Below are positions 63,241 through 64,000 of a DNA stretch of 64,000 nucleotides, in pieces. The position numbers were made by a program, and so were the translations under genes. Source of the stretch: a virus (taxonomy: Duplodnaviria; Caudoviricetes); the IMG/VR virus record IMGVR_UViG_2920551333_000002, positions 1-64,000 of that record; one strand, given 5' to 3'. The notes under the pieces were generated by a model, which was given only the letters and a program-made list of their open reading frames with translations, searched no databases and had not been told where the DNA came from. The number at the start of each line of letters is the position of its first letter. The stretch's first letter is position 1.

Positions 63241-64000
63241 TTACGTGTATGCGGACCAGGCACAAGCCGGCGGCTCAGCGCCCCACCCGCGTGGGGCCAG
63301 CTCGGCGCCCCAACTCCTGTGCGGCCCGTCGACGCCGGTGATCTCGTTGCCGAGGTCCACGACCAGCGCGGTTTCGGCGAGCCCGGCCGAGTCCGACGCG
63401 CCAACGGGCTGGCCAGCCACGGCGGTGTCAGCAGCGGTGAGCGAGTCGGCGCGGGTGATGAGTACGGTGACGCTGGCCGTCTCAGCAGCGCTCACGCTTT
63501 CGCCGGTGAGCGGTCCCGCTACGGCCTGGTCAAGCACGGTGGCCGACTCGGACGCCGAACGCCCCACGTCGATCCGCGCCATCTCCTCCAGGGCGGCGAA
63601 GTCACCGCCGGCGACAGCCGCGGCCAGCGTTGCTGCCTCGACCGTGCTGGCGGCGTCGCTGGTGACCGGGCCGAGCGTTTCCTGTTTCGACGAAGTGTCG
63701 ACCAGCGCCCCATAGTCGGAGGCCGTGAGCGCGACCGCAGCCGACTCGGAGAGCACACCGGTGTCGGCGCGGCTGGTCGTCGAGGTGATCTGGACGGTTT
63801 CGGAGGCCGCGGCGGTCTCCGCCCGAGACGCGGTCCCGGCCGCGGCCGCGATGTCGCTGACTACCGCCGTGTCCGTGCGCTGGGCCGACGCTGTGACCGC
63901 TGACGTTTCCGCGACCGCGCCCTGCTCAGAGACGAGCCGAGCCGCCTGCCCTGTGTCCACCACGGCGGCAGAGTCGGAGCGGGCGAGGACCGCCCGCACA
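63241..64000 (-). CDS. 3' part of a repetitive Ala/Ser/Thr/Asp-rich virion protein (runs off window)
   Basis: Quasi-periodic S/T-D/E-x-A repeats; open to window edge. Confidence 0.6.
   Translation of the reverse strand, partial: VRAVLARSDSAAVVDTGQAARLVSEQGAVAETSAVTASAQRTDTAVVSDIAAAAGTASRAETAAASETVQITSTTSRADTGVLSESAAVALTASDYGALVDTSSKQETLGPVTSDAASTVEAATLAAAVAGGDFAALEEMARIDVGRSASESATVLDQAVAGPLTGESVSAAETASVTVLITRADSLTAADTAVAGQPVGASDSAGLAETALVVDLGNEITGVDGPHRSWGAELAPRGWGAEPPACAWSAYT

Noticed and set aside
57392-63341. Long + strand ORFs (57392-58942, 58969-61341, 61188-63341) and similar ones elsewhere, such as 25923-27989 and 36880-38643
   Set aside because: They are antisense shadows of real high-GC genes, with Arg/Pro/Gly-rich, motif-free translations.

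Overview
High-GC actinobacterial DNA (probably from a filamentous host; Streptosporangiales-like is my inference). The whole window appears to be one temperate phage-like element. The right part (39-64 kb, minus strand) is a siphovirus late operon running portal, MuF-type minor capsid, scaffold, capsid, head-tail genes, tail tube, frameshifting tail chaperone, tape measure, Dit, two paralogous tail-tip cassettes, amidase endolysin and holin. The middle (17.6-29 kb) has a plasmid-type Rep, a convergent integrase/excisionase pair around an apparently intact attP, and an actinomycete mycelial-conjugation module (TraB/FtsK, Spd-like membrane proteins, SsgA, WhiB, divergent GntR/Kor repressor). At 29-39 kb is an accessory block: PIN protein, hydrolase, XRE regulator, SAM methyltransferase, DUF397, and a compact operon of a cytosine-type thymidylate-synthase homologue, NDP kinase, radical SAM enzyme and DEDDh exonuclease. 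That operon is the best candidate for an undescribed system. The left part (0.2-17.4 kb) is an early/anti-defence-like region with an intein-containing C5 DNA methyltransferase, DUF3560-methyltransferase, ArdC-like protein, PP2C phosphatase, many small ORFs and morons. A 24-bp pseudo-palindrome occurs at about 11 places across the early, transfer and late modules, which suggests one co-regulated phage/conjugative hybrid. Bases 5-37 are a Nextera adapter. All family calls come from motif recognition by eye, not from database searches.
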